DNA of 44,119 nucleotides from a virus: IMG/VR virus record IMGVR_UViG_3300045988_175650, positions 1 to 44,119 of that record; one strand, 5' to 3'. Shown piece by piece: positions 41,550 to 44,119 of this stretch (position 1 is its first letter; each line of letters starts with the position of its first letter). The notes under the pieces were generated by a model. It saw only the letters and a program-made list of their open reading frames with translations, ran no database searches and was not told where the DNA came from. The position numbers and the translations under genes were made by a program.

Positions 41550-41869
41550 TGCTGGAGACCGTCTATATCGACACCGTTTACAAGGGCTACTTTGCCGGGC
41601 AGGACGACGGCATCGTCACCGCTGGCGGCAAGCCCGCACGGCGGCAGGTGGTCTGCCTCGACGCCGTCACCCTGCAAATCGTCGCCCTCTGCTGGTCGCT
41701 GGACAGCGGCCATTACCTCGTGCGCGGCCTTGACCCGGCACGGCGTTACCTGCTGCTGGCGCGCGAGTACCAGCGCGGCTACGAGCCCTGCGCCTACGAC
41801 TGGCTGGAGTGCGCCACCACCCTCGACAGCGCCGGCCAGGCACAGCTGTGGCAGACGTGGCTGGTGTGA
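41549..41869 (+). CDS. Small tail-cluster protein (106 aa from MLETVY)
   Basis: TGATG overlap with the upstream stop. Confidence 0.5.
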   Translation: MLETVYIDTVYKGYFAGQDDGIVTAGGKPARRQVVCLDAVTLQIVALCWSLDSGHYLVRGLDPARRYLLLAREYQRGYEPCAYDWLECATTLDSAGQAQLWQTWLV

Positions 41870-41880
41870 CGGATTGAGGC

Positions 41881-43683
41881 ATGACGCAACCCCCCGACCA
41901 CCTGCCGCTACCTCTCGCCCGTGGTGGCACAGTATGGCCGTCCGACCGCCTGCCGTTGCCGCTGGGTGGCGGGCAGGCCCCACCGCCGCCCAAACCGAAG
42001 AACGTACCCATCAGCGGCTGCACCCCCGTGCGCACCGCACCCGCCGCCACCGTCGGCACCTGCCTGCGCGTCCACGACCACGGCGCGCGCATCAGCACCT
42101 GCCGACAGCTGCACTACCGTCCGGCGGCGGATATCGGGCGCTGCTGGCGACTGCGCATGGCCCCGCTGCCGTCGCTGGCCGCCTGCACCCGCATCACCCT
42201 GCCCACCGCTGCCCCGGTCGCGCGTTGCTACCGCATCCATAACGCCGCCTTGCCGCTGCTTGGCGGCTGCTACCACGGGCACAACGTGCGCGGCTGGCTG
42301 CTGCGCCGCTGTGTTGCACAACACATCCCCGTCGCCGTGCCACTGCGCGGCTGCCATCGCCTGCGCTACCCCGTCGCGCCGCTGCTCGTCAGTTGCGCCA
42401 CCGTCCACTACTGGGGCAAGGCGCTGCGCAGTTGCCACATCGTGCGCTACCGGCGTGCGGTGCGCCCGCCCTGCGAGTATTACCCCATCCCGCTGCCGCC
42501 ACCGCCGCCCGACCTCTCCCCCTGCCGCATCCGTCCGCCGTCCGACCGGCTGCCGCTACCCTTTGCCCGCCGCCGCATCAACCGCGACAGCGCCCGCCTT
42601 GCCCTGCCGCTTAGATGCTGGCACGACGGCAACACCAACGACCTGCCCATCCTCCCCGGATACATCATGCACAACAAGATTACCGCCGACCTTAACGGCG
42701 AGCCGCTCGACCTGCTTGCCCTGAATCTGACCACCGACACCGCGTCCTACTGCTGGCAGGGCGACATTACCCTCTCGCCCGCCAGCTTTGCCAAGCTCAA
42801 GATTGACCAACGCGCCGCAGGCGACGAGGCCGTCATCACCATCCGCATCAACGGCAACCGTTGGGACATCCTCGCCGAGGACTACCGCGACACCCGCAAA
42901 TTTATCGCCCACAGCTACACGGTGACGGGCCGATCCATCACCGCCAAGCTGGGCGCCGACTACGCCAAGGGCAGACACAGCAAGTACGACGCCGCCCGCT
43001 ACGCGCGACAAATCGCCGACGAGCAGCTCAACCTGCTGCCCTACCGCATCGCCGCTTGGGAGGCGGTGGACTGGCTCATCCCCGGCGACAGCTACACCGT
43101 CTCCGGGCAGACGCCGATTGAGGTCATTGCCGACCTCGCCAAAGCGGCAGGGGGCTTTGTTGAGAGCCACCCCTACGAGGCGCAGCTCTTTGTCCGCCCG
43201 GTGTGGCGGCAACCCGCATGGGGCAAACCCACCCCGGCACTCACCATCCCTGCCAACCTCATCCTCTCCGTGTCTGGCCAGCGCCGCATCAGCGAGCGCT
43301 GCAACGCGGTACGCCTGACGCCTGCGGCCGAGCAAATCGGTGGTGCCAAGGCCAAGGGTGGGCTGGTCTATCGTGAGGGCACCGACCAACAGCCGGAGGC
43401 GTCCACCCTGACCCACGCCGCCTACACCGACACGAGCGTCATGCGCGCCGCGGGCATCCATGCCCTCTCTGAGACTGGCACGCACAAAATCGAAACCGTG
43501 CAACTGCCGTGGGCGGAAAAATACCAGCTGCCGCTGGCAAGCCTCGGCGCGGTGTGGGCATTTGCCGAGGCCGGACAGACCTGGCAGGGCATCATCAAGG
43601 GCGTATCGGTGGCGGTCGAGCTGGACGGCGGCGCGCCGGTGGTTACGCAGACCGTCACCATTGATCGCTATCTGGGAGATTAA
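41881..43683 (+). CDS. Tail protein (600 aa): N-terminal Pro-rich and 12x Cys-periodic repeat region + C-terminal globular tail domain
   Basis: Single open frame. Third-position G+C is very high in this frame across the repeat region, supporting translation. The C-terminal 340 aa look like an ordinary structural protein. Confidence 0.6.
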   Translation: MTQPPDHLPLPLARGGTVWPSDRLPLPLGGGQAPPPPKPKNVPISGCTPVRTAPAATVGTCLRVHDHGARISTCRQLHYRPAADIGRCWRLRMAPLPSLAACTRITLPTAAPVARCYRIHNAALPLLGGCYHGHNVRGWLLRRCVAQHIPVAVPLRGCHRLRYPVAPLLVSCATVHYWGKALRSCHIVRYRRAVRPPCEYYPIPLPPPPPDLSPCRIRPPSDRLPLPFARRRINRDSARLALPLRCWHDGNTNDLPILPGYIMHNKITADLNGEPLDLLALNLTTDTASYCWQGDITLSPASFAKLKIDQRAAGDEAVITIRINGNRWDILAEDYRDTRKFIAHSYTVTGRSITAKLGADYAKGRHSKYDAARYARQIADEQLNLLPYRIAAWEAVDWLIPGDSYTVSGQTPIEVIADLAKAAGGFVESHPYEAQLFVRPVWRQPAWGKPTPALTIPANLILSVSGQRRISERCNAVRLTPAAEQIGGAKAKGGLVYREGTDQQPEASTLTHAAYTDTSVMRAAGIHALSETGTHKIETVQLPWAEKYQLPLASLGAVWAFAEAGQTWQGIIKGVSVAVELDGGAPVVTQTVTIDRYLGD

Positions 43684-43686
43684 GCC

Positions 43687-43917
43687 ATGAGCAACATCCG
43701 CCAACAACTGATTGATCTCATCAACCCGCACCACCGTGCCGTCGCCAAAATCGTCGGCGGCAAGGGTGCGGACACGTGGGTAGGGGAGACCCCATCCGGC
43801 GGCGTGGTGGTCATCACCGGGCAGACGCAAATCGGCGAGAGCGTCTATTTTGACGCCGTGACCCTGCGCATCGAGGGCAAGGCGCCGGATTTAGACTGGC
43901 AGGAAATCAGGGTCTAA
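43687..43917 (+). CDS. Small tail-cluster protein (76 aa), last gene before attR
   Basis: ATG 4 nt after the upstream stop. High GC3. Confidence 0.5.
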   Translation: MSNIRQQLIDLINPHHRAVAKIVGGKGADTWVGETPSGGVVVITGQTQIGESVYFDAVTLRIEGKAPDLDWQEIRV

Positions 43918-44004
43918 CGCCGAACTCTGGGCACCCGCCTAATCCAGCAAGGCGGCGAGGTGGTTGTCTAATCGGGCAATCTGTATCAAGAGCGCAACAA
44001 TACT

Positions 44005-44026
44005 ATTACGCCAAAATTACGCCAAA
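44005..44026 (+). promoter_or_regulatory. Two tandem ATTACGCCAAA repeats; candidate arm-type integrase sites (P' arm)
   Basis: ATTACGCCAAA at 44005-44015 and 44016-44026. Same unit and orientation as the three repeats at 158-190. Confidence 0.6.
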
Positions 44027-44064
44027 TTGAATACAACAAACTGATTTAATTGTATTGTAATCAG

Positions 44065-44119
44065 CCTTGACATGGTGGGGGTCGTTGGTTCGAGTCCAAT
44101 CGTGCCTACCAGATTTTAT
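44065..44119 (+). repeat. attR core: duplicated 3' tRNA fragment (not a complete tRNA)
   Basis: Identical to 1-55. The sequence upstream (…ctgatttaattgtattgtaatcag) cannot supply the complementary acceptor strand AGGCACG or D/anticodon arms. Confidence 0.9.

Larger units (their letters stand above)
1..44119. mobile_element. Complete integrated temperate prophage (long non-contractile tail type; lambdoid regulation, Mu-like head-morphogenesis genes), attL to attR
   Basis: Exact 55-bp direct repeat at both window ends. An integrase lies next to the left repeat. A full complement of lysogeny, replication, lysis, packaging, head and tail genes sits in canonical order between the repeats. Confidence 0.92.

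Noticed and set aside
42019-42480. The 42-nt periodic region as a non-coding tandem repeat or a diversity-generating retroelement variable/template region
   Set aside because: The repeats are degenerate at the DNA level but periodic at the protein level. GC3 is very high in the long ORF's frame. No reverse transcriptase and no second (template) copy exist in the window.
41921-42724. Alternative 267-aa plus-strand frame across the Cys-repeat region
   Set aside because: It gives a Pro/Ala/Thr/Cys low-complexity translation and does not connect to the downstream globular domain. The 41881 frame has the stronger third-position G+C bias.
42556-43830. 424-aa minus-strand ORF
   Set aside because: It lies antisense to the 600-aa tail gene and the following small gene. 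Same shadow-ORF reasoning as above.
44065-44111. A second complete tRNA gene at the right end
   Set aside because: Only the 3' part is present. The upstream sequence cannot pair with the acceptor strand or form D or anticodon arms, so this is the attR duplicate.

Overview
The window is one complete integrated temperate prophage of about 44.1 kb. It is bounded by an exact 55-bp direct repeat (1-55 and 44065-44119) that is the 3' end of a tRNA (T-arm GTTGG-TTCGAGT-CCAAT, acceptor strand, CCA). The layout is lambdoid. From left to right: attL and a tyrosine integrase; a minus-strand early-left operon (putative excisionase, small ORFs, DUF2303-like protein, SSB, Sak4-like ATPase, YqaJ-like exonuclease); a low-GC accessory operon downstream of an S24/LexA-type repressor; a divergent cro-like gene with palindromic operators. 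The early-right operon follows, with an O-like initiator carrying internal iterons, NinB, an orphan DNA methyltransferase, a Ref-like HNH protein, RusA and a Q-like antiterminator. Next come a self-contained moron, a near-consensus late promoter with two terminators, and a lysis cassette. The late operon carries terminase, a Mu gp29-like portal, a MuF-like protein, protease/scaffold, a lambda-E-like capsid, DUF1320, a gpG-like protein, tail tube, a 1555-aa tape measure and distal tail proteins, ending at attR. There are no rRNA genes, CRISPR arrays or transposases. The phage backbone is very GC-rich (a sampled 60-nt line at 12241 is about 72% G+C), and several islands stand out as AT-richer (sampled lines 37-48%). 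The most interesting signal is a gene module present twice: a zinc-ribbon membrane protein followed by an uncharacterised 225-261-aa protein. One copy is co-transcribed with the repressor, in the position lambda uses for rexAB. The other is inserted where the tail-assembly chaperone genes normally sit. I propose it as a candidate undescribed prophage accessory (exclusion or defence) system. Other notable items: a MuF head protein fused to a low-GC HExxH domain with an overlapping downstream ORF (polymorphic-toxin/immunity architecture); a tail protein whose N-terminus is 12 tandem 13-14-residue Cys-x-Arg-hydrophobic-His repeats; a moron with its own operator-overlapped promoter and an RHH protein; a motif shared between the early-left leader and the ant leader; and an endolysin with a C-terminal membrane anchor and no recognisable holin. 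All functional calls rest on motifs read by eye, and no database searches were run.
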